From contig JAQGDQ010000822.1 of assembly GCA_030141605.1 (NCBI GenBank), forward strand, positions 27,575 through 91,574: a stretch of DNA of 64,000 nucleotides, in the 5' to 3' direction. Source of the stretch: Tubiluchus corallicola (lineage: Eukaryota > Animalia > Priapulida). A program made the position numbers and the translations under genes. This document shows, piece by piece, positions 1 to 14,049 of the stretch; the first letter of the stretch is position 1; each line of letters begins with the position of its first letter. The notes beneath the pieces are model-generated. The model did no database searches, was not told the origin of the DNA, and saw nothing but the letters and a program-made list of their open reading frames with translations.

Positions 1-114
1 CAACAGAAGACGACTGCCAGCGACAAATGTTTGGTCCAGATTTTTCAATTCACGTATAAAAAGTTTTGATAACGAGAATATTAATAATTTATACTACATT
101 AAATAAAATCTTAA

Positions 115-1275
115 CTATAACGTGACGTGGCGCTTCATGTGTAAGGATAGATGGTCAGATCGCGAGAATGCGCGTTCACATAGCTGACATTGGAACGGAC
201 GGTCTCCAGTGTGCTTCCGGTAATGACGAGTTAACTCGTCGGATCGAGCAAACTTCCATCCACATCCCTTCCAGTTACAAACGTAAGGTTTCTCACCAGT
301 GTGAGTGCGCATGTGCGCTTTAAGATGTGAACTTTTGGTGTAAGTCTTCCCACAATCCACATGACTACACGCGTGCGTGGTTATACGTTTGCGCGTCCAC
401 GTGCGTCTAGGGCGTCTACGTGGCGTCATCTGTTGGTAAGGATGGTCAGGAAATACACTCGGTGCACTTTGATTGTACGCAGGTGAAGAATGTGGAAACG
501 GCGAGGAGGAGTAATGACAGTTTTGTGGAAGAGGTACGACATGCGATGGTGGATGCGATGATCTGGAATAGTAATGTTGTGGATGGTGTTTCTCATGGTG
601 ATGTAAGGCCATGGGATATTGTTGATGACTGGAAGGATGGTGTAAGACCGTCGAAGAACTGAAATAACTCTCACTATTTACACCACTGTGCATGCAACTA
701 GACGAACTATATACTTCAGGCACATCACAAACACCCGATGAATTGTCTTCCAGTTTTATAGGTTGTATGACGTCAAAGTTAGTGGATTCAAATCCCGGCG
801 TATTGTAGAATGGACGACCACAGCTAGCAGAGGAAACGGTGCATTGCGAACGACTCATTACTTGAAGAGGTTCCTCTTTTATTGAACACGAATTATCCTT
901 TTCATTGTACTGTCTAATTCCTACGGTCATTTGCCCTTGTAAATGCAATGGTTGTCGCGTTTGGGCGTTTACAAGAGGCGTACTTTGGCCGCACGGGGGG
1001 AGGAGTTGTGATTCTACTGGAACGTCTGCTACTGTAGTCCACGAAGCACCACTCTGCTCCACCTGCAAGCAAGAGGAGGAACCTTCTTGCAAATTAAAAT
1101 CGAATTCACCGAAGAAGTCCGTCACATTTTCGTTGGTCATAGCTTGATGAGCTTGGTAATTAGTTGCCGACCCGACCGCAGTGGCGCTGCAAGACTTCAT
1201 CGAAGGTCTCTTGAACACGTCGTGTTTGAGCGGCCGAGTCTCATTCGACAAGAACTTGTCAATGTCTTGCCACAG
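115..1275 (-). CDS. KLF2/4: Kruppel-like factor, KLF1/2/4 subgroup; large terminal coding exon with three C2H2 zinc fingers
   Basis: C-terminal fingers [29 protein letters not shown]...[44 protein letters not shown]; basic pre-finger segment [18 protein letters not shown] resembles KLF2/4 RRSWPRKRTATHTC. The ORF-track start is a TTG just after an in-frame stop; minus strand reads ttaattgtttcAG|CTGTGG, a likely splice acceptor before 1275. Confidence 0.93.
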   Translation of the reverse strand: MWQDIDKFLSNETRPLKHDVFKRPSMKSCSATAVGSATNYQAHQAMTNENVTDFFGEFDFNLQEGSSSCLQVEQSGASWTTVADVPVESQLLPPCGQSTPLVNAQTRQPLHLQGQMTVGIRQYNEKDNSCSIKEEPLQVMSRSQCTVSSASCGRPFYNTPGFESTNFDVIQPIKLEDNSSGVCDVPEVYSSSSCMHSGVNSESYFSSSTVLHHPSSHQQYPMALHHHEKHHPQHYYSRSSHPPSHVVPLPQNCHYSSSPFPHSSPAYNQSAPSVFPDHPYQQMTPRRRPRRTWTRKRITTHACSHVDCGKTYTKSSHLKAHMRTHTGEKPYVCNWKGCGWKFARSDELTRHYRKHTGDRPFQCQLCERAFSRSDHLSLHMKRHVTL

Positions 1276-1710
1276 CTGAAACAATTAAGTAAATATTTCA
1301 AGATTTAGTCTTCCCATAGTTGAAAAGTTGAAGTAATGAATTCAACACTTCAAGATTCAATCGTGCCAAAATTTAAACAATAAATTCAACGTTTGAAGAT
1401 TGAGTCAATCCACGGCTGAAATAATGAATTAAAAATTTCAAAGTTTATTGTACATGAGCAAAATTAATGAAGTAAATAGATGTACGTTAAAGATAATTTG
1501 CAAAATTCGCGTTAAAATTAAATTTTGATATAAAAAAGTTGAAACGCACAGTGAGAAAAAAACTAAAAATTATATTTCAAGAAGAGAGGACGTGGTGATT
1601 TGTGCCAATTGCAAAGCAAAAATTTGGGTGGTTTGGTAACGAGTAAAACTTGGATAAAAGTTGTTTATAAACAAAAGCACAAGAAAACACTCTTCATAAA
1701 CAAAACTTAA

Positions 1711-2271
1711 AGGAAGACAGGATGATTTTTCATATACTACCCCAATTTTAAATCCGATAAAAAGTCCGACATTTTAACACAGTTAAACTGTCGGACTTTT
1801 TATCGGATTTAAAATTGGGGTAGTATGTGAACTGAACGAGCCCAACTATTTCGGAAACGCATTGCACAAAAAACAGGTGCTGTACCTGTCAGTTCAGATG
1901 TGTTGGTTTGTGACGAACTACACACGTTCGACAGCTCATGCATGAGCATAGCGGTAAATTTGAATTTTAAATTTTTATCTTAAAACTAGTTTTAGTACAG
2001 CGCAGTGAATATCTTTTATCTTGCAGTAGCACTGTACTTCAATTTTTGCTTTCTCAAACGAACATAATTTTCAACAGCAAAAATATTCCACAAGCGTCCT
2101 GCACGTGTTTGTGAAAGCAAAAATTGAGGTTCAGTGCTGCTGTAAAATTTCCAGTGTGTTGTACTAAAGTTAGACAAGTTTCGAGATAAAAATTCAAATT
2201 TAACACATGCATGAGCTTTCGAACGTGTGTAGTTCGTCACAAACCAACACATCTTAACTGAGAGGTACAGC
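1711..2271. mobile_element. Foldback MITE-like element (family B), nested in a reverse family-A fragment
   Basis: Starts TTAA|AGGAAGACAGGATGATTTTTCATATAC as at 11206; ~41-bp hairpin 1731-1771/1789-1829 and long inverted repeat ~1880-2070/2070-2270; family-A sequence flanks it at ~1673-1710 and ~2284-2420. Confidence 0.65.
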
Positions 2272-2596
2272 AATGTGTAAAATTTGAAAAAAACAATCAG
2301 AGCATTCGTAGTACACTCTTCACTAACAAAGAAAAAATATAAATTACTTTATCTCGTTAATAAATCAATAATGTGTTTTTTGGTGAATCAGCGGTGCACA
2401 CTGGGAAGGCGATACAGAGCCGTGTTACCAGGTGGCGCGAATATTTTAAATTTCTTTTTCCAGTTACATAAGGCAACCAAAAATGCAAGTGTAATGCTAA
2501 CTAATATAACGTTGTGTGGAAAGTTTTTTGAAACATATTTTAAAATTTCCCATTGATTTTAAGCAGTTGAGCTGGTGATAGCTAAGTATGCGTTAA

Positions 2597-3304
2597 GGGA
2601 CAAGAAAAGGGGTACCTGAAGTAGGTTTCAGAAAAATCGCCTTAAAAAAATTATATTACTTTATAGTAATTTTATGCGTACATCGTACTCGCACTGAAAG
2701 CAATTTTAGTTTGTTTTCATTTTAAATCTCCCGCAATACTGTTCCGAAGTCGCCATTACATGACGTCATGTACCAAACGTAAATCATGGGAAGAAAAGGC
2801 AATGTTAAATTATGTCTCAAAAGACTTTCCGTGCAAATCTATATTACTTAGATTTTCGCTTACCTACTAGAAAAACTTATGTAACAAGAAAAGAAAATTA
2901 TTAATTATTTAAAATGTTTTCACCAATTGGTAAAATCTCGCTGACTCACCCTCCAGGGTGCATCACTCACTAACCAAAAAACGTATTTTTAATCTTATTG
3001 ACAAGATACAGTAATTTTAAATTTTATTTAGTTAGTGATGTGTGCGTTACGAATGCGCTGATTATTTACTGAAACTTTACAAAATGTTATCTAAACTTGT
3101 TTCAAATGACCTGTCGTGAAAATGGCTGCGCCTAACGGTCATCGCGGGAGTTTAAATTTACATGTTTTATACAGCGTGACTGCCGATTGAAGTTCTGATT
3201 GCAAAAAGGCAGTATGTAAGCGATATAAACTTTCAAAACGAATTTGTATAAATATTCGAGACGAATTTTTTAAGCTTTATGTAAGCGGAGGGTTTTCTTG
3301 TGCT
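2597..3304 (+). mobile_element. Non-autonomous TTAA-flanked DNA transposon (family A, Kolobok-like)
   Basis: TTAA|GGGACAAGAAA...TTTCTTGTGCT|TTAA; homologous to 11897-12573, 16334-16994 and 62757-63427. Confidence 0.8.
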
Positions 3305-3689
3305 TTAACACAATAGCAAAACCAAAACTTAACTGGCTTCATCAAAGATTAATATGAAATAAAATGGAAACCTACATGCACGAGAACTTGGTTAAACGAT
3401 TTGCTTTCTACTTCATGCAAATACTTCATACTTAGTAAAATAGGGATTAAATTTGTGTAGTTCTTGAGATTACTGATTGCAACTCTTGTGGATTTAAACA
3501 TTGAATTGGAATTTAATTAATTTGGTATATCAATTTATTTGCGTTTTTACGTTACTTCACAGGAAACTTGCTGCATTAATAGCCTTGATTTTAGCACGCA
3601 CTTTAATACTTCTTGTTTAACATCACTGTAAGAAATGTTATGCGCACAAATTAGAAAAGCTAATTACAGAATCCGTAAATGTAATATCG

Positions 3690-3790
3690 TATAATTCACT
3701 CTGCATAGTGTCTATGTAAAATTGTATAATGTTAGTACAGATGTTTTTGCCTGCAAAAAGAGGCTAATAAAGACTTATCATCATCATCCA
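3690..3790 (+). mobile_element. 3' tail of a non-LTR element
   Basis: GCCTGCAAAAAGAGGC...AATAAAGA plus short triplet tail, also seen at the end of the 8155-8720 LINE fragment. Confidence 0.45.
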
Positions 3791-3829
3791 TACAAACCTT
3801 TGCAGCATTCTAAGCCTTAAGGACCTTAA

Positions 3830-4290
3830 TATGAAAACCTTAGTATAGCTGCCTTAGGGACTAATGATCTGTTGAAGTTGTTATTATTCGGAAAAGATGA
3901 ATTTAACTATGTTGCTAACTGTAAAATATTCCAATGTATACATGACTTTATATTACGTACCAAACGCTTCTAATAGTTTCTATCTGATATGAAATGCATC
4001 AGTCTTAAATATTCGTACATTAATATTTTCTAACCGTCATTTTCTACTGATGTCTAATGTAATCTTGTAGTAAAACTTGTCAGCTTGTGTAGTTATAGTT
4101 AATTCTTACTGTAAATGTTACTAATATCTAATGTAATCTTGTAGTAAAACTTGCCGGCTTGGGTAGTTATAGTCTATTCTTACTGTAAATGTTTTTGTAA
4201 ATAGTGTATAAAGTCTGTTGTGGTGAGGATCCTAAATCATGTTGTTCAAACTGTCTGATCCAATCCTAAATAAATTATGTTTAAACTAAG
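3830..4290 (+). mobile_element. 5'-truncated LINE 3' end (family C) with two 74-bp UTR units
   Basis: Matches 24910-25810 (end of ORF ...LLLFGKDEFNYVANCKIFQCIHDFILRTKRF, 3'UTR, tail AATAAATTATGTTTAAACTAA). Confidence 0.8.
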
Positions 4291-5294
4291 GATACTTACA
4301 CCATTTAGAACACCGATTTCTTTGCAACACGATAATTATGCTAGATAGTCTATTAAAATGGAAAAGGACGGCACAAACAACACCGACACTAACCTCTGAT
4401 TAGCAAGAATTGTTGTGGCAAAGCAAGTGTAAAGATTACATCAGAGATTAACAACGGCATTTTCATTTACGCCCAGTCATATACATGGGCTGAGAAAAGA
4501 ACTTCAACTTTTACACGCGAAAACCGGGTACGGAAGTTACATGTTGTTAACTTGCTAACGTTGGTAATAAAATTATCGTTCACTCGGTTCCCATCATTAG
4601 AAATACCTTGTAAATCTTGCTGATGGGTGGAACTGAAACTTGTACGTTATAAACTTAAGCTGGTTATTATGTGATTTGATAGTAGTAATAATTTAAGCGT
4701 GATCAAACTTAATACGAACTAGTACTTAATAACAATAAACTAAAAACTGTTCTAAAGAGAAAACTTAGAACTGTTCTAAAATCATACAGTAATATTTGTT
4801 TTTTATTAGCTCTAGTGTTTAACCCTTAGCCGACCAAAGTGGGGTAAAAAGTTACTCCGGCGATGTTTACTCGCATTTTTTCTATTTGTGCGCACAACGA
4901 AAAATTTTCAAACTACAATTTGTCACGCAACCATAGCTTGGGTTTGTTGAAAAGTATTATTTATGTTTTTTTAAAAAGCACGGGCTACCTGATGTGGGGT
5001 ATCTTATTATATATATATATTATATATATATATTAATTCTTTATTTGTCATTAAAATGGTTCACTCATTATAACAAAATTGAGTAAGCCTCAGCGTAATG
5101 TTAAAATAACAACACTGTTCAAGACAAATGCGTCCAGTGCAGACTACAAAAAACTAAAGTGCAAAACTAAGGCCTAATTATATAGAATAAATGAACATAT
5201 TTACAAACACCATATAAAAATATTTTTACAAAACAATATTACAAAAGACATGACACAATTAACATAAACATACTTTACATTACACAAATTTCAC

Positions 5295-5550
5295 TCATTA
5301 CATTTACACTATTTATACATTTGACATTACAAAACTAACATAACACGTATTACATTACATAATTTAAAAAAAAATTCATTTTTAATCATTACATTTACAC
5401 TATTTATACATTTGACATTACAAAACTAACATAACACGTATTACATTATATAATTTAAAAAAAAATTCATTTTTAATCATTACATTTACACTATTTATAC
5501 ATTTGACATTACAAAACTAACAACACGTATTACATTACATAATTTTAAAA
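5295..5550. repeat. ~91-bp AT-rich tandem triplication
   Basis: TCATTACATTTACACTATTTATACATTTGACATTACAAAACTAAC... occurs three times. Confidence 0.85.
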
Positions 5551-6289
5551 TTTTTTTTATTACCCAGCCCTTCTCTTTTAAGTAGGCGAAATCTTAGAGT
5601 TTACTGAAGTAGTACATAGTTTATAGAAGTTTTTTTCTTTCTGGCAGCACCACATGTCTTGAAAACTGAAAACTGTTGCGAACCTCCAACAGCAGCCTAC
5701 AGTTCTTCATTTAGTAATTTGGCGGGAAATTTTGCTGTACAGGTGACTAAGCTTGAAGCTGATGAAGATGAAATTTTAGAATTTAAAAGATCCTGCAAGT
5801 GAAGACGAATTGGATGTCTTAGAATTAAACAGTGAGCATCATTAGGCTATTAGGAGAATTGTCACCAGACTTGATAAACCAAGCATCGCCTCTTTTTATC
5901 CTTATGTCCTCTTATAGCTATGCCAATTTGCCGCAGAAGTTGGTTTTGTCTAATAGGAGTACCTAGATTACCATTTGGTCATTCAATCCATTCAGTAACA
6001 CATACTTAGCAAAACTTTCATTGGGTACTTTGTTACCACAAGGGTTAAACAAATTATTTTCACCCAATTCCAGTTTTGTTTTATTGTATTGGTTTCAAAG
6101 AAGATTTCACAACAAATCTTCTTTATGTATAAAAACTGATTGCTGCGTGGCCACACAATGACCAATACATGATTCATAAATTATGTTAATACATGACGTT
6201 TTTTGCACGTCACACATGTGACATCTAGAATCGGGTTTACAAGAAGATGAACATTTAAGAGAATGGGTACTAAGTATTGGCAATAGAAT

Positions 6290-6735
6290 GTAACGTAATG
6301 TAATGCAATAGAATTAAACAGTATAGAACAGAATAGAATAGAATAGAATAGAATAGAATAGAATAGAATAGAATAGAGTAGAATAGAGTAGAGTAGAGTA
6401 GAGTAGAGTAGAGTACAGTACAGTACAGTACAGTACAGTACAGTACAGTACAGTACAGTACAGTACAGTACAGTACAGTTCAATACAGTACAATACAATA
6501 CAGTACAATACAATACAATACAATACAATACAATACAATACAATACAATACAATACAATACAATACAATACAATACAATACAATACAATACAATACAATA
6601 CAATACAATACAATACAATACAATACAATACAATACAATACAATACAATACAATACAATACAATACAATACAATACAATACAATACAATACAATACAATA
6701 CAATACAATACAATACAATACAATATGCAATGCAA
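6290..6735. repeat. Compound pentanucleotide microsatellite (AATAG)n(AGTAG)n(AGTAC)n(AATAC)n
   Basis: Directly visible; accounts for the CIVLY-repeat ORFs. Confidence 0.97.
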
Positions 6736-7324
6736 CTAATCTTCCCAGGATATCTCTGTTTTCGTTTTAACACATGTTAACTAAACTTCGTATATTGAGT
6801 AAGAATTACACGCAGCAAAGACGACTTTTACACGAATTTTAAGTTTTAAAAATTTCAAAACATGTAAATCATGCAGACAATTCGGCCATGTTGAATCATC
6901 AAGTCTGTATTAATGCCTAAGAATCTAGGCTTTCCCAATTTAACTTATTAATTTAAATGACGTGGAATATCATGTGTGACGCGAGGTTTATCTTGGCAAG
7001 GCATTTAAGGTACAGAAACTTGCAATGTATACCCAGTAAGACGGATAGACAATTAAGCCACAAATTTATTAGGTGTAAGGCGGTTCGACGATTTATGATG
7101 CTGTACCTACAATTGTCTACGGTATTGTCTACAACTTACAAACCACATTTCAGAATTGGCCAGAATGTTATTTTACTTGCAAACTTGTTGCTCATTTGTT
7201 TCAGACCTTCGGTTATATATACGGCACGCTCTAAGCTAAAGTCATATCATCATAAAGCATTTTCAATGTCACAATGATTTGCACACGTAACTGTTTCAAA
7301 GTACTTCCATCACCCCTTTCGATG

Positions 7325-7990
7325 CATTTTGAAAACGCGTTGCACAAAAACAGGTGCTGTACTTCTCAGTTCAGATGTGTTGGCTTGTGACGAACTACAC
7401 ACGTTCCACAACTCGTGCGTGAGCGCAGCGGTAAATTTGAAATTTGAATTTTTATCTTAAAACTTATCTAGTTTTAGTACAACTCCCTGAATATCTTACA
7501 GTAGCTCTGTACTTCAATTTTTACTTTCGCAAACACGTGTAACACGTCCGTGGAATATTTTTGCTGTTGAAAATTATGTTAGTTTGAGAAAGCAAAAATT
7601 GAAGTGCAGTGCTACTGTAAGATATTCAGTGCGTTGTACTAAAACTACGCAAGTTTTAAGATAAAAATTTAAATTTCAAATTTACCGTTGTGCTCACACA
7701 TGAGCTATCGAACGTGTGTAGTTCGTCACAAACTAACACATCTGAACTGACAGGTATAGCACCTGTTTCTTGTGCAATGAGTTTCTAAAATGCAGGCGCT
7801 AATGCTCGTCTAACTAACGAATGGTGAAATGCATGTAACAGCGAAGAACTAGTGCCGCGAACGTGAAAGTGTGTTTGTGTGGTAATAATTCTTTTGCGTA
7901 AATCATTTATGAATAAATAGTTTGTTTCCTTTCAACATTTTAAAGAGTAGATTGTTTTGACTAACAGTTTAAGATTGAGTCGGTTTTGCT
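7325..7990. mobile_element. Foldback MITE-like element (family B)
   Basis: Inverted arms ~7330-7535 and ~7575-7795 (TGCACAAAAACAGGTGCT... / ...AGCACCTGTTTCTTGTGCA); ends CGGTTTTGCT|TTAA as at 11803. Confidence 0.75.
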
Positions 7991-8154
7991 TTAACTTTTT
8001 ATAGGCAGTTTTGGTGAAAATTTCTTTGTTAACTTTTTTCTAAGTTTAAGTGATAACAGTATTAGAAAACCCAACACAATAAATGAGTTGTCTTTTCCTT
8101 TAACTAAGACAAAGTGTAACTTCAACAGCAATACAGAATATAAAACGTAAACCC

Positions 8155-8720
8155 TTGAATTTGCCGCTTGGAAATAATGAAAGGAAAATAGAATCCATTG
8201 CCATGTCTTTTTTAACGGGCCAGGGGAATTTTAACAGCTTTTTGTATAGACTGAATATGTGTGATACTAGTTTATGTCCATGTGGAGAAGAAGAGCAAAC
8301 TCCTCAGCACATTTTATTCAGATGCAATAAAGTAGATAATACAAAAAGAATGCGTTTCATAGAAATAGCTGATGCCAATTATACACGTAATATTATGCTT
8401 CAATCTGATAAAAATTTAATAATGGCTTTTACTAACCTTATCAGAGATAATTTTATACTAAGTAATTGTTAATTTAGGCTCGCTCGAGTATACAAAAATA
8501 AATTATGTATGTGTGTAAAGTTAATTTGTGTGTATAATACTTGTGAATCATTTGAAATTAAATCTAATTTAAGTATAATATGTTATTCGTTGTACATAGT
8601 GTGAAACTGGAAATATTTAAAAGATTTGTTATGTGAAAATGTAAATTGTTGATCTGAGCCTGCAAAAAGAGGCACCTTTTGTATATACGTTCATTGCTTT
8701 AATAAAGATTTATTATTACT
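8155..8720 (+). mobile_element. Non-LTR retrotransposon ORF2 C-terminus with CCHC knuckle and 3'UTR
   Basis: FLTGQGNFNSFLYRL...CPCGEEEQTPQHILFRC; ends AATAAAGATTTATTATTAC. Confidence 0.75.
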
Positions 8721-9124
8721 AAAAAATATATCAACAGCAAAACTTTAGCAGAGGACCTAAGACCGCCTTAAATTTACTGACTGGACGATGGCAACGTCTC
8801 TTTGCAAGTAAGTACCTTATTGATTTTACCTCAGGGTAGAATTATCTTTTGTCCTAGACAGTTTCAATAAACCCTGTCCATTCTTTGTAGGCTGCAGCCA
8901 TTCTAGTTGATTTACGAGGACCCAGCATGTTGGGAAATACGGCACGCCCTTGAAACTAACGCACGGCATCTGTCACCAGGGTCATCTATTTCACTTTGCA
9001 GTAAGAAATATTATCACACATGCAGGCAATGGATAATAAATTATTTTTAAAACAAGCCATTTAACTGCTGTTGAAAATTATATTTGTTCTGTGTACTGTT
9101 TGTCAAATATTGAAAAGACGTTTT

Positions 9125-9205
9125 AGTTAGTTTAAACGTAATTTATTTAGGATTGGATCAGACAGTATGAACAACCTGATTTAGGATCCTCACCACAACA
9201 GTCTA
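9125..9205 (-). mobile_element. Extreme 3' tail of family-C LINE
   Basis: Reverse complement of 4215-4290 and 25735-25810. Confidence 0.8.
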
Positions 9206-9243
9206 CTACACACACACACACACACACACACTCTCTCTCTCTC

Positions 9244-9295
<52 letters not shown>

Positions 9296-9480
9296 TCTCT
9301 CTCTCTCTCTCCGTTCTCTCTCTCTCTCTCTCTCTCTCCCGCTCTCTCTCTCCCTCTCTCTCTCTGTTTTTCTCCTTCTCTCCCGCTCTGTCTCTCCCGT
9401 TCTCTCTGTCTCCCGTTCTCTCCCCACTCTCTCCCGCTCTCTCTCCTGTTCTCTCTCCCTCTCTTTCTTTCTTTTTTCTT
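9206..9480. repeat. (CA)n followed by degenerate (CT)n microsatellite
   Basis: Directly visible. Confidence 0.95.
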
Positions 9481-9584
9481 GCTATATAAGCCTATTTTTG
9501 CATTAATTATTAATTGCAATATAAAATATACAAGACAGCTAAAATTAATATTCAGTGATTTTTTTTGTGCCTTTTCTTCTTTTT

Positions 9585-9642
9585 GCAGTATCGAACACAC
9601 GACCTCCCGAATGGAAAACAGACGCGTTACCACTAGACTATA
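9585..9642 (-). mobile_element. tRNA-derived SINE head fragment
   Basis: Minus strand TAGTCTAGTGG (A-box-like) ... GGTCGTGTGTTCGATAC (B-box-like); no complete cloverleaf. Confidence 0.55.
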
Positions 9643-9735
9643 ACGTCAATCATACATCTGGTCATATGAGACAGCAACAGGAAAATTTGAATCAAACGAG
9701 TACGAAAAATTTAAGACGCCCGAGAGTAGTAACCT

Positions 9736-10542
<807 letters not shown>

Positions 10543-10615
10543 TTCAAAAAAATTCAAAATAATTATAAAAATTGTTAGAAAGAAAATATTGTGCACAGAA
10601 ACTGGTAACACAAAT

Positions 10616-10800
<185 letters not shown>

Positions 10801-10896
10801 TCTTTATTTAAAGTCGGATTTTGGATGAACAATTAACATAGGCTTAAAAAGCTTTTTGCCTACTGTAAATAACAACTTACATCTACAATAACAGAG

Positions 10897-11026
10897 ATTA
10901 TTATTACCCCACTTTTACCCTAAAAACGATGCGCAGGGCAGGGCAACAGGCGGAACCATTTTTAGTACGACTGGTCCTCAGTATCGAACTCACGACAGAA
11001 AGCGATCGCATTACCGTTAGACTAAA
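10897..11026 (-). mobile_element. Degenerate tRNA-derived SINE
   Basis: GTATCGAACTCACGAC...TTACCGTTAGACTA resembles the 9585-9642 head; adjacent body ends in a short (TAA) tail on the minus strand. Confidence 0.45.
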
Positions 11027-11205
11027 TCGTTTGGTCGATATAAAGTGAAATAAAACCAGCAAAAGTGAGGCTCATACCCTATTTAAAGAAGACTTTAGTC
11101 AAGAAGACATATCGGTTATGCAAAACATAGAGAAAAGATCAAATTTTTGACGAAATTGCGTTTCAGTTTACACACTCTGCAGACAGAACAAATGGGCAAT
11201 GTTAA

Positions 11206-11803
11206 AGGAAGACAGGATGATTTTTCATATACATATAAATAGTATACATTTTAACACAATTAATACTGCAAAAGTGTTTCGGATAATTAAATAATAAATT
11301 AAAAACTTAATTAACGGCGGGCGAGCCCAACCATTGATGACATCACAAACTAACATAATTTTAAACAGCAAAAATATTTCGTGAGCGTGTTGCATGTGTT
11401 TGCGAAAGCAAAAATTGAAGTACACTCCGTCTGTGAGATATTCAGTGTGTTGTACTAAAACTAGACAATTTCTAAAAAAAATCAAATTTCAGGTTTACCG
11501 CTGTACTCACACATGAGCTGTCGAATGTATGTTGTGCGTCACAAACTAACATATCTGAACTGAGAGGCATAGCACCTGTTTTTTGGGCAATGCGTTTTCG
11601 AAATGGAGGCGCTAGTGCCCGTCTAACTAGCGAATGGCAAAATGGTGTAAGAGCGAAGAACTAGTGACGCGAAGGCGAAATTGTGTTTGTGTGGTAATGA
11701 TTCTTTCACGTAAGTCATTTTTGAAAAAATGGTATGTTTCCTTTCAATATTTTAAAGTGCAGATTGTTTTGACCTGCACTTTAAGATTGGCTCCGGTTTT
11801 GCT
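11206..11803 (+). mobile_element. TTAA-flanked MITE (family B), single-arm form
   Basis: TTAA|AGGAAGACAGG...CCGGTTTTGCT|TTAA; internal part matches 7560-7990. Confidence 0.75.
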
Positions 11804-11896
11804 TTAAGTGTTTCTATGAAGTACAAGAAGCAAAACAAGTGAAAATTACCGAGACCAAAGTTTTATTGAATAGATCTGGCTATATATGGACCTTAA

Positions 11897-12573
11897 AGGA
11901 CAAGAAAGGGGGTACCTGAAGTAAGTTTCAGAAAAATCGCGTTAAAAAATTATATTACTTTACAACATTTTTACGCGTACTCGCAATGAAAGAAATTTTA
12001 GTTTGTTTTCATTTTAAATCTCCCGCAATATTGTTCCGAAGTCGCCATTACACGACGTCATGTACCAAACGTAAATGAAGGGAAGAAAAGGCAATGTTAA
12101 ATTATGTCTCAAAAGACTTTCCGTGCAAATCTATATTACTTAGCATTTCGCTTACCTACTAGAAAGACTTATGTAACTAGAAAAGAAAATTATTAAATAT
12201 TTAAAATGTTTTCACCAATTGGTAAAATGTCGCTGACTCACCCTCCAGGGTGCACCACTCACTAACCAAAAAACGTATTTTTAATCTTATTGACAAGATA
12301 CAGTAATTTTAAATTTTATTTAGTTAGTGATGTGTGCGCTACGAATGCTCTGATTATTTTCTCAAACTTTACAAAATGTTATCTAAACTTGTTTCAAATG
12401 ACCTGTCGTGAAAATGGCTGCGCCTAACGGTCATCGCGGGAGTTTAAATTTACATGTTTTATACAGCGTGACTGCCGATTAAAGTCCTGCATGCAAAAAG
12501 GCTGTATGTAAGTGATATAAAATTTCAAAACGAATTTCTTAAGCTTTATGTTTATGAAGGGTTTTCTTGTGAT
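11897..12573 (+). mobile_element. Family A Kolobok-like MITE
   Basis: TTAA|AGGACAAGAAA...TTTCTTGTGAT|TTAA; collinear with 2597-3304. Confidence 0.82.
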
Positions 12574-13130
12574 TTAACGTCTTTACATTCCAATATCAAA
12601 TACCTATCAACAGCAACCGTTTTCTGTAAAGCTCAAATTACTTTTGTGATTTAGACTTCCTCATTAAATTCTGAAGAACTAAAGACTAATTTTTGGCAGC
12701 AAATTAAAAATAAATATATTTTTCATGAAACTTTCTTTAACGAGCGGTGTCAGAACTGTAAAATTCGTTCGTTTTACAAGAAAATTGTGCAAAGTTTGTC
12801 TGGTAGTACAGAAATGATCCCATTATTATGATGAAGGTCACAGCTATTATCACAATGTAAAATCTCAACGTCTGAGCAAGTTATAATAACAGCCGAAATC
12901 TCACCCTACCCTACCCACCATCACAAGGACAGTGCTGGATTTAAATAATTTTATTTATTTAACCCCAGAACTATAAAGCACGCAACTTTTAGCTCAAGTG
13001 TTACATATTAAATTCGCGTTCGTCTAATCAGCATAACATATTTATTTTCACATCTCTGTAGTCAATATTGCTGGAAATATAGCGTTTGTATTTGCTAAAT
13101 CAAAGTTAATGCTAATTATTAATACTCTTT

Positions 13131-13893
13131 TATTTCGTATTATAACACATACAGAGTTTCGTATTTCGTATTATAACATATACAGAGTTTCGTATTTCGT
13201 ATTATAACATATACAGAGTTTCGTATTTCGTATTATAACACATACAGCGTTTCGTATTTCGTATTATAACACATACAGCGTTTCGTATTTCGTATTATAA
13301 CATATACAGAGTTTCGTATTTCGTATTATAACATATACAGAGTTTCGTATTTCGTATTATAACACATACAGCGTTTCGTATTTCGTATTATAACACATAC
13401 AGCGTTTCGTATTTCGTATTATAACATATACAGAGTTTCGTATTTCGTATTATAACACATACAGAGTTTCGTATTTCGTATTATAACACATACAGCGTTT
13501 CGTATTTCGTATTATAACATATACAGAGTTTCGTATTTCGTATTATAACATATACAGAGTTTCGTATTTCGTATTATAACACATACAGAGTTTCGTATTT
13601 CGTATTATAACACATACAGAGTTTCGTATTTCGTATTATAACACATACAGCGTTTCGTATTTCGTATTATAACACATACAGCGTTTCGTATTTCGTATTA
13701 TAACACATACAGCGTTTCGTATTTCGTATTATAACACATACAGCGTTTCGTATTTCGTATTATAACACATACAGGGTTGCGTATTTTGTATTATAACACA
13801 TACAGGGTTGCGTATTTCGTATTATAACACATACACCGTTTCGTATTTCGTATTATAACACATACAGCGTTTCGTATTTCGTATTATAACACA
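13131..13893. repeat. 31-bp minisatellite, ~24 copies
   Basis: Unit TTTCGTATTATAACA(C/T)ATACAG(A/C)GTTTCGTA with no unique spacers. Confidence 0.95.
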
Positions 13894-14049
13894 TAACACA
13901 TATTCATGTACACATATATACAAAATACACAACAATGGAATAGTTAGTATAAACATACAAAAAATGAAAGAAATTAGTGTGCATAAAATGAAGAATTTTT
14001 AAAATGACAATGATCATACATAATCGTACATGAAAATATCGTTAGTTTT

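Noticed and set aside
4819-6048. piggyBac-like element (TTAA-CCCTT ... AAGGG-TTAA)
   Set aside because: Only about 5 bp of terminal match and no recognisable transposase.
6181-6773. CIVLY, ERERER, poly-I/M and HSFI ORFs throughout the window
   Set aside because: Microsatellite translations.
8745-8815. Harbinger transposase exon (ALNLLTGRWQRL|gtaagt)
   Set aside because: Too short, with no supporting neighbouring motifs.
13131-13893. 31-bp array (and the 29-, 45-, 53- and 74-bp arrays) as CRISPR
   Set aside because: Head-to-tail units without unique spacers, no cas genes, eukaryotic context.
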